Shown here: positions 19,405 to 29,905 of the stretch, piece after piece
Position numbering within the stretch: the first letter of the stretch is position 1
Layout of the letters: the number at the start of each line of letters is the position of its first letter
Source of the DNA: Phycisphaerae bacterium
GTDB lineage: Bacteria > Planctomycetota > Phycisphaerae > UBA1845 > Fen-1342
Length of the DNA stretch: 64,000 bases
Direction: 5' to 3'
Assembly (NCBI GenBank): GCA_050115495.1
Contig: JASFQK010000018.1
Location: forward strand, 66,429-130,428
Program-made: the position numbers and the translations under genes
Notes under the pieces: generated by a model
The model's database searches: none
What the model was told of the DNA's origin: nothing
Seen by the model: only the letters and a program-made list of their open reading frames with translations

Positions 19405-21609
19405 ATGCCTCGCAGGAAGAGTCGCGGTACCCCCAGCACTGCGGGCCCGGTTCCCGCCCCGGTCAGTCGGCCTTGGGCCGCCCGGCGGTTCGTGGCCGTT
19501 CTCCTGGTGATGATGCTCGCGGCCCTTGGCCTGCGCATCGTGATACTCGTCGACTATGTGGCCCACAATCCCCTGGCAGGCACGCCGATCAACGATGCCG
19601 CGGCCTATTGGCAGTGGTCGGCTCGCGTCGCCGGCGGCAAGCTGGTTGAGGACGCGCCATTCTTCTCCGCTCCGCTGTATCCGTATCTGCTGGGGGCGTT
19701 GCGGGCGCTGGGTGGGGGGCTGATCGCGGTATACATCATCCAGATGCTCCTGGATCTGGTCACGGGTGTCGTGCTGGCCGTGACCGTTCGGGAACGCTTC
19801 ACGCCTGGGACTGGCCTGGTGGCTGCTTCGCTCTACTGGCTCCTGCTCGCGCCGGCGTCCTTCTCTCTGCGCGTGCTGACTTGCTCGCTGCAGCTTCTCC
19901 TGCTGGCTTGTGCGTACCGCCAGCTTGTTCGCGTCCAGGCGCGGCCGATCTTGTCGCGGCGCATCGGGCTCGGTGCGGTCCTCGGGCTGCTGTGTCTCTC
20001 GTACCCGCCGGCGATGATGCTGACCGTGCTAGTCGTGCCGTGGCTGTTCTGGCAGTCGGGCCGCAGGCTCGCCGACGCCGGTCGGGCGCTCGTGCCGTTG
20101 GGGATGGCGGCGGTGGTGATCGCGCCGGCGACCATCCACAACTGGTACGCCAGCAGGGGGGATCTGTTCCTGATCCAGTCCGTCACCGGCGTGAACCTGC
20201 GACAGGGTAACCAGCCGGAGTCGACGGGCGGCTTCACGCCCATTCCCGGTACCAGCCCCAACCGCGAGAACATGTTTCCGGACCTGGCTCGCCAGTACGA
20301 GGAATCCACGGGCCAGCCGGTGCGCTGGAGCGCGATCGACCGACGCTACCGCGATGAGGTGATTCGCTTCTGGCTCGCTGATCCGCTGCGCACGGCTCGG
20401 CTCGTGGTGACCAAGCTGTATTGGTTCCTGTCGGCGAGGAACTACGGCGACATCTACCTGCCCGCCGTGGAGATCACGGAGGGCCTCAGTCGCGGCTTGC
20501 GACTGGCTCCGCTACGCGTGGCCTGGCTCATGGGGCCGGCCCTGGTCGGATTAGTGCTGCTGCTCAGGCGGCCGATCCGGTACGGTCCCGAGTGGCTCCC
20601 CTTCCTGATCTCGCTGATCACCGTGGCCGTCTTCTGGTACAACCCGCGCTATCGCCTGCCGGCTGTGCCCGCGATCGTCATCGTCACTGCATGGCTTGTG
20701 GTGCGGGCGGCGGACTGGCGAACGCACTGGCGGCTGACCGCGGCGACGGTGCTGGCCGTGGCGGCGAGCCTGATGCTTGGCGTGGTGAACCGCGCCGTCA
20801 GCTTCGACGTCCCGAATGCGCCGGCGCTGTCACTCCCGGTGGCCGGTGTCCTCGAGAAGCAGGGCCGGTTGGCTGAGGCGGTCGAGCAGTGGCGCAAGGC
20901 CGCCGACCTCAACCCGCAGAACCCGGACGTCCGCGAGCATCTCGGCGATGTGCTCCAGAAGTCCGGCCGGACGGACGAGGCGCTGGCTGTGTACGAACGC
21001 GTCTGGGCGCTGTCGCCGTCACCCGGTGTGGTCGGCAAGCTCGTCCAGATCCTGGTGGCTGCGAAACGGCCGGATGATGCCGAGCGCGTCCTGGAGCAAG
21101 CGCTCGACCAGCAGCCCGATCAGGCGACGCTGCTGGCGATGCTCGCCAGATTGCGCCAGGCTCAGGGCCAGCTCGACGTGGCGGAGGAGCTCTACGGGCG
21201 AGCAGCCGCCCTGGCTCCGGACGATGTGACGGTGCGGTCGGCGTACGGCACACTCCTGATGAGCCGGCAGCGCTGGGCGCAAGCACAGGTCGAGTTCGCG
21301 GCGGTCGCGGAGCTGTCGCCGGACGATTTCGATGCGCAGAACAACCTGGGCGTGATCTGGGGTGAACTCGGCGATTTCGATCGGGCCCGCGCGTGTTTCG
21401 TGAGAGCAGCCGAAATCCGCCCGAACGATGCCGGTGCATTGTTCGCCGTCGGCGTTGTGGACATGCGAGCCGGCCGATTGGACGATGCCGAGCAGTTCTT
21501 CCGGCGGGCGCTCACCCTTCGCCCCGACGACGAGCGCTACCGCGCAGCGCTGGACCACGTGCAGCAATTGCGAAAGCAGCGAGGCACGTCAACGCAACCG
21601 ACCCCGTAG
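19405..21609 (+). CDS. GT-C (PMT/ArnT-like, family 39) glycosyltransferase with C-terminal TPR repeats
   Basis: NDAAAYWQW, APLYPYLLG, many TM helices, RYRLP, then multiple TPRs (AQNNLGV). Start uncertain (19348 or 19405). Confidence 0.8.
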   Translation: MPRRKSRGTPSTAGPVPAPVSRPWAARRFVAVLLVMMLAALGLRIVILVDYVAHNPLAGTPINDAAAYWQWSARVAGGKLVEDAPFFSAPLYPYLLGALRALGGGLIAVYIIQMLLDLVTGVVLAVTVRERFTPGTGLVAASLYWLLLAPASFSLRVLTCSLQLLLLACAYRQLVRVQARPILSRRIGLGAVLGLLCLSYPPAMMLTVLVVPWLFWQSGRRLADAGRALVPLGMAAVVIAPATIHNWYASRGDLFLIQSVTGVNLRQGNQPESTGGFTPIPGTSPNRENMFPDLARQYEESTGQPVRWSAIDRRYRDEVIRFWLADPLRTARLVVTKLYWFLSARNYGDIYLPAVEITEGLSRGLRLAPLRVAWLMGPALVGLVLLLRRPIRYGPEWLPFLISLITVAVFWYNPRYRLPAVPAIVIVTAWLVVRAADWRTHWRLTAATVLAVAASLMLGVVNRAVSFDVPNAPALSLPVAGVLEKQGRLAEAVEQWRKAADLNPQNPDVREHLGDVLQKSGRTDEALAVYERVWALSPSPGVVGKLVQILVAAKRPDDAERVLEQALDQQPDQATLLAMLARLRQAQGQLDVAEELYGRAAALAPDDVTVRSAYGTLLMSRQRWAQAQVEFAAVAELSPDDFDAQNNLGVIWGELGDFDRARACFVRAAEIRPNDAGALFAVGVVDMRAGRLDDAEQFFRRALTLRPDDERYRAALDHVQQLRKQRGTSTQPTP

Positions 21610-21634
21610 CGTCCCTCGGCTGCCGTGGCGCCAC

Positions 21635-21764
21635 GATCTCGAATCTGAAATCTCAGATCTCAGATCTCAGATCCCCACGCTATGCGCCGTGCCCCGTCGA
21701 TCGTCAGGGCACGTTCGCCCTCGCAAACTTCTGACTTCTGACTTCCGTCTCCCTCTTCTCCCCC
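21635..21764 (+). repeat. Composite heptamer-flanked MITE-like element, copy 1
   Basis: (ATCTCAG)n + GATCCCCACGC core + GTGCCCCGTCGA...GGCAC hairpin + (CTGACTT)n + CTTCTCCCC; related copies at about 31805, 41596 and 43330. Confidence 0.75.
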
Positions 21765-21765
21765 G

Positions 21766-24057
21766 TCACCGAAAGATCTTGGTGATATCCTGAATCGTCA
21801 CCAGCAGGAACACCAGGACGATCGTCGCCAGGCCGACCAGCGTGGCGATCGTCTGCGTCTTGATGCTCAGCGGCTTGCCTTTGATCTTCTCGATGATGAG
21901 GAAGACCATCAGCCCGCCGTCCACGACGGGGAAGGGCAGGAAGTTGATCACGGCCAGGTTGACCGAGAGGAAGGCCAGGAAGTACAGCAGCTCGGCGTAG
22001 CCGACGCGGGCCCGTTGCACTGCCGCACTGACGATGCCGACCGGCCCGGACACGTGCTTGACCGTGTTGGACCGGCCGCCGCCGATGCTGCGCGTGAGCG
22101 TGCGCAGCACGCCGTAGACCTCGGCGAGCACGTCGCCGGTGGCCTCGATGCCGAGCCAGGCGGCGCGGATGGGGTTATTGGTTTGGATGATCAGGTCGTG
22201 TGCTTTGAAGGGCAGGTCGGGGTTGCCGAAGACGACGCACAACTGCCACGGATTGACGTTGCTGAGGTCTTTCCGCACGTGGAAGTCCGCCTCTTCGAGC
22301 TTGAGTTCGCCGACGCTGCGCTGGTAGCGGACCTTCACCGTTTGGCCGGGGTACTTGGCCAGCATGGCGCGGATAGCCACCCACTTCGGCAGGTCGGCGA
22401 TGGTCCCGTCCGCCAGTTCCACCTCGGTTTCGTTGTTGATGGCGACGATCCGGGACATCAGCGGCAGGTGGAGCTCGTTCACCACGCTCGACGGCACGTC
22501 CAGCGACCCGGTCACCTCGACGTCGCCCGTCCGGTACGTCACCGATATGGTCCGGTCGGCGGCCGCCAGCAAAGTGCGGATCACATCGAGCCAGTCCTTC
22601 ACCGGCTTACCGTCCACGGACACCAGCGTGGAGCCGCGCGGAATCTTCAAACTGGCCGCCGGCGTGTTGTCGACGACGTCGGCCACCACCGGCGGGCGGT
22701 CTTCCGGCTTGAACGCGATGCCGGCCCGGGCGGTGGGCGTGCCCGTAAGCTGGAACGGCCGGCGCGGCGTCACCGTCAGTTCGACGCGCTCGCCGTCCCG
22801 CAGCACGACGACCGGTATGGGCTTGCTCGCATTGGCCTCGATGCTCGCCTTGATCTCCGGGAAGCACGGCTGCAGCACCGACCCCCACTGGACGATCACG
22901 TCTTCGGGCCGCAGCCCGGCCTTCTCGCCCGGCTCACCCGGCGTGACGGCGTCCACGCACTGGCGTGGACAGAGCCCGAGCACGTGCGCGGGTTCGAGAG
23001 GGGCCGGCGAATCGGCCGAGGGCATCTGGGCCGAACCGAGACGGAAGATGACGGGCATCGTCGTGGTGTGCGTCGTTTTCTCGCCGGGGTGCGCGGGATC
23101 GGGCCGTTCGAAAGTGACCTCGACGCGGGAGAGCCCTTTCTCCACCGCCAGGTCGTTGAACGCCAGCAGCACGTCGGCCGCACGGCTCACGGGCCGGCCG
23201 CCGACCTTGGTGATCCGGTCGCCGCCCTGGAGGCCGTACAGGTTGGTCGTGCCGGTCGTGTCCATGAGCTCGGTCGTGAGGTCCGGGCCGATCCCGGTGG
23301 CGTCGAGCGGATCGTCCTTGTTCTTGTTGGCCTGGATGTGCAGCGGCTCAGGCAGGAGCTTGCCGTCGCGGCGGGCCTCGAAATTCACCTCGCCGTTGTC
23401 GGCCAGGATCAGGGCGATGACGACATCGCGGAAGGTTTCGACCGGCTTGCCGTCGGCCGAGACGATGATGTCGCCCGATCGCAAGCCGGCCTGGGCCGCG
23501 GGGCTGTCGGCCTCGAGGACGCCGATCTGCGGCGCCATCGTCCGCTTGCCGATCATGAACACGCCCATGAAGACGAGGATGGCGAAGAGCAGGTTGAACA
23601 GGACGCCGGCCGAGACGACGATCATGCGCCGGCCCACGGGCTTGTTGTTGAAGGCCCGTGGGTCGTCGGTCATCTTCACTTCGCCGGTCTTGTCGTTGAC
23701 CTGGATGTCGTCCTGGCCAAGCATCTTCACGTAGCCGCCGAGGGGCAGGAGCTTGAAGCAGTAATCTGTTTCGCCCCAGCCGCGCTCCTGAAGCTCGTCC
23801 AGCGAATAGGCCGGCCGGCCGCCGAGGGTGAACCCCTCGCCCGGACGCCAGCCGAACAGCCGCGGGCCGAAGCCGATGGCGAAGCGGTCGACGCGGATGC
23901 CGACCCACTTGGCCGCGAGGAAATGCCCCAGCTCATGCACGAAGATGATCAGCGAGAAGCCGATGACCACCTTGGCCACGACGTACGTTGTATCCAGCCA
24001 GGGCGGTACCTGGGCGATCAGGTTGCCGCCCCACATTGCGATCAGACCCCAATGCAT
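21766..24057 (-). CDS. rseP: RIP metalloprotease RseP (M50 site-2 protease) with multiple PDZ domains
   Basis: HELGH, PLGGYVKM, AGVLFN, SGPVGI, NFLPFPVVDGG; overlaps the dxr 3' end. Confidence 0.92.
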   Translation of the reverse strand: MHWGLIAMWGGNLIAQVPPWLDTTYVVAKVVIGFSLIIFVHELGHFLAAKWVGIRVDRFAIGFGPRLFGWRPGEGFTLGGRPAYSLDELQERGWGETDYCFKLLPLGGYVKMLGQDDIQVNDKTGEVKMTDDPRAFNNKPVGRRMIVVSAGVLFNLLFAILVFMGVFMIGKRTMAPQIGVLEADSPAAQAGLRSGDIIVSADGKPVETFRDVVIALILADNGEVNFEARRDGKLLPEPLHIQANKNKDDPLDATGIGPDLTTELMDTTGTTNLYGLQGGDRITKVGGRPVSRAADVLLAFNDLAVEKGLSRVEVTFERPDPAHPGEKTTHTTTMPVIFRLGSAQMPSADSPAPLEPAHVLGLCPRQCVDAVTPGEPGEKAGLRPEDVIVQWGSVLQPCFPEIKASIEANASKPIPVVVLRDGERVELTVTPRRPFQLTGTPTARAGIAFKPEDRPPVVADVVDNTPAASLKIPRGSTLVSVDGKPVKDWLDVIRTLLAAADRTISVTYRTGDVEVTGSLDVPSSVVNELHLPLMSRIVAINNETEVELADGTIADLPKWVAIRAMLAKYPGQTVKVRYQRSVGELKLEEADFHVRKDLSNVNPWQLCVVFGNPDLPFKAHDLIIQTNNPIRAAWLGIEATGDVLAEVYGVLRTLTRSIGGGRSNTVKHVSGPVGIVSAAVQRARVGYAELLYFLAFLSVNLAVINFLPFPVVDGGLMVFLIIEKIKGKPLSIKTQTIATLVGLATIVLVFLLVTIQDITKIFR

Positions 24058-25193
24058 TCATGTACCTCTTGCCGCGCCCAGGCATCTGCGCTGAGCAGAT
24101 CCGCCAGCGTCGGGCTTTTCACCACTTCATGCCGTCGCAGGGCTCGCTCGGCCAGTCGGGCGATCTGCCCGAAGGGGATCTCGCCGGCCCGGAACCGCTC
24201 CACCGCCGCCTCGTTCGCCGCATTCAGCACGGCGCCGGCACTGCCCCCCAGCTCGGCGGCATCATGTCCGAGGCGCAGGGCCGGAAATCGCTCGTAATCG
24301 GGGGGCTCGAAGCGCAAACTGCGGCCCACCTCCCAGTTCAGCGATTCGGCCAGGCCCGATACCCGCTGGGGGTACGTCAAAGCATATTGTATCGGCGTTT
24401 TCATGTCGGGCGTGCCGAGCTGGGCGATTACCGAGCCGTCACAGAATTCGACCATCGAGTGGACGACCGATTCCGGGTGCACCAGCACCTTGATCCGGTC
24501 GGGCTCCAGGCCGAACAGCCAGTGGGCCTCGATGATCTCGAGCGCCTTGTTCATCATCGTAGCGCTGTCGATCGTGATTTTGGGCCCCATAGACCAGGTC
24601 GGATGCTGGAGGGCTTCCTGGATGGATGCAGTCTCAATCCGCTCGCGGGGCCAGGTGCGGAAGGGGCCGCCCGAGGCCGTCAGGTAGATGCAGCGGACCT
24701 CTTCGCCGCGGCCGCTTTGCAGCGACTGGAAGACTGCCGAATGCTCGCTGTCCACCGGCAGCAACTGGCTGCCGCGCTCGCGGGCCAGGGGGATGAGGAT
24801 CGAGCCGGCAACGACCAGCGATTCCTTGTTGGCCAGGCCGACGTCCAGGCCGCGATCGACCGCGGCCAGCGTGGCCGGCAGTCCCGCCGCCCCGACGATC
24901 GCCGCCAGCACGAAATCAGCGTCAACCGTCCGGACCAGCTCGACCAGACCATCGGCGCCGGCGAAAACACGCGTGCCCCCCGGACAGGCCCGGCGCAGGT
25001 CGGCAGCGTGGCCTTCTTCAGCGATGGCCACCGCCGGCACCGAGAACGCCGTCGCCTGCTCGGCCAGACGTTGCCAGCCCCGGCCGGCGGCCAGACCCAC
25101 GACGGCGATCTGGTCACGCAGCGCCCCGACGACATCGAGGGCCGAAGTGCCGATCGAGCCGGTCGAGCCCAGAATGATCACGCGCTTCTGCAC
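24042..25193 (-). CDS. dxr: 1-deoxy-D-xylulose-5-phosphate reductoisomerase
   Basis: ILGSTGSIG, LANKESLV, PVDSEHSA, LTASGGPF, HPTWSMGPKITIDSATMMNK. Confidence 0.97.
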   Translation of the reverse strand: MQKRVIILGSTGSIGTSALDVVGALRDQIAVVGLAAGRGWQRLAEQATAFSVPAVAIAEEGHAADLRRACPGGTRVFAGADGLVELVRTVDADFVLAAIVGAAGLPATLAAVDRGLDVGLANKESLVVAGSILIPLARERGSQLLPVDSEHSAVFQSLQSGRGEEVRCIYLTASGGPFRTWPRERIETASIQEALQHPTWSMGPKITIDSATMMNKALEIIEAHWLFGLEPDRIKVLVHPESVVHSMVEFCDGSVIAQLGTPDMKTPIQYALTYPQRVSGLAESLNWEVGRSLRFEPPDYERFPALRLGHDAAELGGSAGAVLNAANEAAVERFRAGEIPFGQIARLAERALRRHEVVKSPTLADLLSADAWARQEVHECIGV

Positions 25194-25276
25194 GCGGGTA
25201 GTATAATCGCCCCTTGGGCCACGTCTGCCCCGGCGTGGCCTTTTGCGTCCGCATCGTGCCGCCCCGACCGACCGCC

Positions 25277-26569
25277 CTAATTCTCCAGCAGCAGCTTCAC
25301 GAAGGGGGTGATGTCGAAGTTGTTCACGACGCCGTCCTTGTTGATGTCCGCAAACGTGTGCGGGCAGTCCGGGTGGGCGGACGTATAGGCGGCCGGGTTC
25401 GTCAGCGCCAGCAGGAACGGGGCGATGTCGAAGTTGTCGATCGTCCCGTTACAGTCCACGTCGCCGCGCGGCGAGCGGATGCCGTGCTTCGCGGCACAGG
25501 TCAGGGCGTTGTCGCAGAGCAGGAAGTCCAGCGCATCGATGTTGTCCGCCTCGTGACCCAGCCCAAGCTCGGCCGCCGACACCAGCACGCGCGGCGACTG
25601 TCCCGGCATGACAATGAACACGTCGGCTGCGGAACCCGTGTTGCTGGTTCCGGGGATCGACGTCAGCGACGGTGAGCCCGGCGCCAGCGAGAACAGCACC
25701 ACGTCCGTCCCGTCAAAATCGTGGTTCTGGTTGCCGTCGAACACGATCAGGGCGTCGATGTCGTCCTCGCGGAGCAGGCCGAGCTCCTCGTGCGAGGCAT
25801 ACAGCGCGATCGGCAGATCCGCCTGCGGGTTCGGGTCAAAGCAGATGTCCGCCCCGCTGGGCTGGCCGAAGCTGGGGAGCGTGCGCAGCGACGGCGAACT
25901 CGTCGTGATCGAGTAGCAGACGTTGATCACGCCGTCGTCGCTACGGTCGAGGTAGGCCATGCCGTTGACAGTGTCCACCGGTTCGCCCACGGTGTTCTCG
26001 TAGCTCGAGCAGGGGGGCTGGCCGCCGAAGTCCGTACCGCCTTCGTCGAAGTTGGCCCGCGTCAGCAGCGTGTTGGCCGGCCCCTCGGCTACGCCGAAGT
26101 TGAGGGTGATCAGCCGCGTGGACATGAACTGGTCCCCCGCAGCGTGCCCCCGCGCCGCCTGATCGGCCACGTTATAGGGCACGTTCATCGCCGCGAGGTT
26201 GCCGTCCGGCGGAGCTACGCCGACCGTGTTCTCGTCCACCGATAGCAGCAGGACGAACGACCGTTGGACGCCGATGGCCGGGTACGGGGTCGAGAGCGCG
26301 TCGAGGTCGTCCTCGGGGCTCCATAGCCCCAGGTCGGCCCGCGCGACGAGCACCACCGGATTCGGGAAATCCAGCGTCAGAACGTCGCCTGAGTCGCAGA
26401 CGCCTTCTCCCACCGCCCAGGACCCGTAGTTGAATGAATAGTCCGGGATGGGCAGCGGCTCCATCGGTTCGCTCGCCCGGGCCAGCCAGCCAGCGGTCAG
26501 CGCCAGAACCAGCGCGATCGCCAGTCGACCTCCGGACCCCGCAATACGTTCATATGTGACCTTCATCAT
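25277..26569 (-). CDS. Secreted protein with internal LGL..DD(I/L)DAL repeats and C-terminal dockerin-like domain
   Basis: ATG 26569 overlaps the kinase stop (ATGA) with GGAGG upstream; signal peptide; GDVDCNGTIDNFDIAPF...ADINKDGVVNNFDITPF. Confidence 0.8.
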   Translation of the reverse strand: MMKVTYERIAGSGGRLAIALVLALTAGWLARASEPMEPLPIPDYSFNYGSWAVGEGVCDSGDVLTLDFPNPVVLVARADLGLWSPEDDLDALSTPYPAIGVQRSFVLLLSVDENTVGVAPPDGNLAAMNVPYNVADQAARGHAAGDQFMSTRLITLNFGVAEGPANTLLTRANFDEGGTDFGGQPPCSSYENTVGEPVDTVNGMAYLDRSDDGVINVCYSITTSSPSLRTLPSFGQPSGADICFDPNPQADLPIALYASHEELGLLREDDIDALIVFDGNQNHDFDGTDVVLFSLAPGSPSLTSIPGTSNTGSAADVFIVMPGQSPRVLVSAAELGLGHEADNIDALDFLLCDNALTCAAKHGIRSPRGDVDCNGTIDNFDIAPFLLALTNPAAYTSAHPDCPHTFADINKDGVVNNFDITPFVKLLLEN

Positions 26570-29283
26570 GGTTCCTCCTCCACAACGTCGTTTCCCGGCG
26601 ATGTGTTGGGCCGGGCACTCCCTGCGGCGCCGTCTGCCGATCCGCTTGCACCACCGTCGACCGGCCACGCCGGCCACGAGGGATCGTGCACCATCCGGTT
26701 GAGGATGGTCCTGGCGTGGTAGGTGTACCGCCGTTCGCCATCAAACGCGCGGTAAGCCCGGCCGAACTGCCTCCACGCAGTCGCCCGGTCACCCTGAGCC
26801 AGGTACAACGCCGCCAGATGAAATGAGCCCTCCCCGCGCAGTTTCCACGAAGCCTCCACGCCGGCGGCGAGGGCATCCAGCTCCTCCGGCGTGCTTGTGG
26901 CCCGGCAACACGCGTACAGCGTGTGCATCCACTCTGCCGTCTGTGGCGGTTCCAGGCCGGTAGCGTAGTCCACCGCCTCGGCCCTGGCCGCCAATAGATC
27001 CTCGGCCTCCGTGGAGTGACCTAACAGACGCAGACAGGTCGCCGACCAGAGCACAGCCGCGGCGCTGGTCGGTGCCTCGTCGGCCAGCGCCCGGGCGTGC
27101 ACCAGGGCCGCCGGCATGTCGCCCATCTCCGCCAGCACGAGTGCCGGGTAGACATGGGCGTAGAACGGACAGGACGGGTCGAACTCCGCCGCCGCTGCCA
27201 GATCGTCCAGCGCGGCCTGCCACTCTCCGACCCAGTAATACAGCCGCCACCGGAAGTGATAGCACTCCCAGCGGCGTATATCGGCCGCCGCCGCGGCGAG
27301 CGCCCGTGTTCTGACGGCGATCGCCTCCTCGAATCGCCCCATACTCTCCAGGCACTCAGCCTCGGCGGTGATCGGCCGATCGTCATCCGGCGCGACTTTC
27401 TGCCCACGCTGCGCCCAGGCCAGCGCCGCCTCGTAGTGGTCGGCCACCAGGGCATCGTCGCGCGTTCCCTCACTGCCGGCGTAAATCTCTGCGGCCAGGC
27501 GATGGGAGATGGACAGTAGGTAGTACGGATACGCGCCGTACTGCTCGTGCTCCACAAGCTGCCGCAGGCTGTCCACCGCCTCGGTGAAAGACTCGAGGCT
27601 GCGGGCCGCGTACATCTGTTGGTTCCGGGCCCGCGCCAGGTGCAGCACCGCCTGCGGGAAGAGCCCGTAGACGCGTGCCTGCGCGGTGTTCGCCCGGCGA
27701 TAAGACTCGATCGCCTTCAGCGGGTCGTCGAAGTGCACGGCCAGTCCGCGGAAGAACCACGCGTCGCCCGTCGTCGGTGGGCCGAGTCGTTCCGCTTCGG
27801 CGAAGGCCGCTCGGGCAGCGGCATGGTTTTCTCCACGGGCCAGGGCCCAGGAGAGCAGGTAGCGCGCCCGCAAGTCCTCCGGCCGGCGAGCGACCGCCGT
27901 CTCCAGCAAGTCCACCGCCGCCCGCGAGTCGTTTCTCCCCAGGGCGGCCAGGGCCTCGGCCAAGTCCAACTCCGGCGCCGACGCGCCGAGTGCCGCGGCC
28001 TGGGCCAGATCATCCGTCACCAGTTGCGGGGAACGGTAGTCGACGTACGCCAATCGCGAATACGCATCCAGGGCCAGCCGGTCACCCTCGCGGTGCCGCG
28101 CAGCGCTGGCGCGCCAGCCGAGACCGGCGCACACCAAGCAGGCCGCGAGCGCCACGCCCGCCGCCGTCGTCAGCGCCCGATGCCGATTGGCCCACAGCAC
28201 GGCACGCCGCAGCCGGCTCGGCCGCCGCGCGCGAATCGGCCAGCCTCGCGCATACCGACGCAGATCCTCGGCCAGCTCCGCGGCGTCGGCATATCGCTGC
28301 TCCGGCTCCCGCTCCATCGCCTTCAGACAGATCGTCTCGAGCGGCGCAGGGATCTGGGCATCGATCCGGCGGGGCAGCAAGGGCGGCCCCGCACAGATCG
28401 CCGACAAAATCTCCTCCCGCGTCCGTCCGTCGTATGGCTTGCGCCGGGTCAGCACCTCGTACAGCGTGACGCCTAGCGCATAGATATCAGTCCGGTGATC
28501 CACGTGCAGCCCGTCGCCGCGGGCCTGCTCCGGCGACAGGTACGCCGGCGTGCCCATGATCTCGCCGGCAGCCGTCAGATGCGGGGCATCTGACAGGCGG
28601 GCCAGGCCGAAGTCGGTCAGGTGCAGGCGGTGGCTCGCGTCGAGCAGCAGGTTGTGCGGCTTCACGTCGCGGTGGATCACGCCCTGGTGGTGCGCGCAGG
28701 CCAGCGCATCGGCCACTTCGGCCATCAGGGACGCGATCCGCCGATAGTCTGCCCGGCTCCAGGGCTCCCCGTCTCGTCGCGGCGAGGCGGCCAGCAACTC
28801 CGGGTGCTCGTGCACGACCTCGTCCAGGCCGACGCCTTCCACCAGTTCCATGGCGTAGTAGAAGCGGCCCGCCGATTCGCCCTGACCGTAAATGGATACG
28901 ATGTTCGTGTGATGGAGTCGAGCTGCCGCCTGGGCTTCGACGCGGAATCGCTCCGCGGCACAACGGGCTCGCGGCCCTCCGAGCGCCAGGACCTTTAGGG
29001 CGACCTCCCGCCCCAGGGGCACCTGCCGGGCGCGGTAAACAACGCCCATACCGCCCCGTCCCAGTTCGCCGAGAATCTCGAATTCGTCGAGGCGAGCCCC
29101 GGCGGTGAGCCCCGGGTCGGTCATGCCCAGACCGGCGGCGGCACTGCTGCCGGGCCGGGAGTGCAGGACACACGGCCCCGGCGTCCGCAGTGCATCTTGC
29201 TGTAACGCGAATGCCCGCCGCAGGTTACTGGCCAGGCCTTCGTCGTCCAGTGTCACGTCTGTGCCAGCAGCATCAGGCCACAT
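26566..29283 (-). CDS. Hanks-type Ser/Thr protein kinase with TM segment and TPR-like C-terminal region
   Basis: GRGGMGVVY, VALKVL, HRDVKPHN, DFGLAR, GTPAYLSPEQ, DIYALG. Start uncertain. Confidence 0.92.
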   Translation of the reverse strand: MWPDAAGTDVTLDDEGLASNLRRAFALQQDALRTPGPCVLHSRPGSSAAAGLGMTDPGLTAGARLDEFEILGELGRGGMGVVYRARQVPLGREVALKVLALGGPRARCAAERFRVEAQAAARLHHTNIVSIYGQGESAGRFYYAMELVEGVGLDEVVHEHPELLAASPRRDGEPWSRADYRRIASLMAEVADALACAHHQGVIHRDVKPHNLLLDASHRLHLTDFGLARLSDAPHLTAAGEIMGTPAYLSPEQARGDGLHVDHRTDIYALGVTLYEVLTRRKPYDGRTREEILSAICAGPPLLPRRIDAQIPAPLETICLKAMEREPEQRYADAAELAEDLRRYARGWPIRARRPSRLRRAVLWANRHRALTTAAGVALAACLVCAGLGWRASAARHREGDRLALDAYSRLAYVDYRSPQLVTDDLAQAAALGASAPELDLAEALAALGRNDSRAAVDLLETAVARRPEDLRARYLLSWALARGENHAAARAAFAEAERLGPPTTGDAWFFRGLAVHFDDPLKAIESYRRANTAQARVYGLFPQAVLHLARARNQQMYAARSLESFTEAVDSLRQLVEHEQYGAYPYYLLSISHRLAAEIYAGSEGTRDDALVADHYEAALAWAQRGQKVAPDDDRPITAEAECLESMGRFEEAIAVRTRALAAAAADIRRWECYHFRWRLYYWVGEWQAALDDLAAAAEFDPSCPFYAHVYPALVLAEMGDMPAALVHARALADEAPTSAAAVLWSATCLRLLGHSTEAEDLLAARAEAVDYATGLEPPQTAEWMHTLYACCRATSTPEELDALAAGVEASWKLRGEGSFHLAALYLAQGDRATAWRQFGRAYRAFDGERRYTYHARTILNRMVHDPSWPAWPVDGGASGSADGAAGSARPNTSPGNDVVEEEP

Positions 29284-29603
29284 GGCGTCCTCTGCGCCGG
29301 TCGCTGCCTCCCACGCCGCAGAGTATGCGCAGACACTCTACGGGGCATGCGCCGCAATCCGCGCTGGACCGGCGCCTCTTGGATGAACCAGCGTGGATGT
29401 GGCGACATCCTTCCACTACGGACCCATATAGAGACAGACGGCGCCGGCGGTGACTTTGACACGATCTCTGCGGCATGGCCGCCACTGCCGGCCCCCGCCC
29501 GCCCTGGAAGCCCGTTGTGACCCCGCCGGCAGCAGGCTCCATCTTACGGGCTGTGGCGTCGCGCTACTAGCAAAAAGCGCCGCCCGTGACTGCTCCCGCC
29601 CGC

Positions 29604-29783
29604 CTATCGGACCTTATTGTCCTGTCGCCGCCGCCGCCGTTGATCGTGAGCGTCGAGGGCCACGAACAGCTCTTCCGCCTCGGCGCGGGGCAGCAGGTTG
29701 AAGCCCTCCTGCCGCTCCTGCGGCGAGAGGGCTGGCCAGGCGTCGTGCAGCTCGGCGCGCGACAGGATGTCCATGGTCGGCAT
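29604..29783 (-). pseudogene. Truncated 5' fragment of an MgtE-like magnesium transporter
   Basis: GGAG RBS + MPTMDILSRAELHDAWPALSPQERQEGFNLLPRAEAEELFVALDAHDQ resembles the MgtE N-terminus by recall, then degenerates into a CGG run (poly-Arg) and stops. Confidence 0.55.
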
Positions 29784-29905
29784 GAAGGCAACTCCTTCCG
29801 CGGGCCTGCTTCGGCCGGCACGCCCATCTCGCGTTTGCGGCGGCGCCGGCACCAGGCGCGGGGATTATAAGACGCCCCCCGCGCCCCCCGGTAGACCGCC
29901 GACTC

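Noticed and set aside
29284..29430. In-frame TAG upstream of the kinase (RIAAHAP*SVC) as recoding or a decayed zinc-finger anti-sigma domain
   Set aside because: The HxxxCxxC spacing does not fit, there is no supporting recoding signal, and the similarity is too weak.
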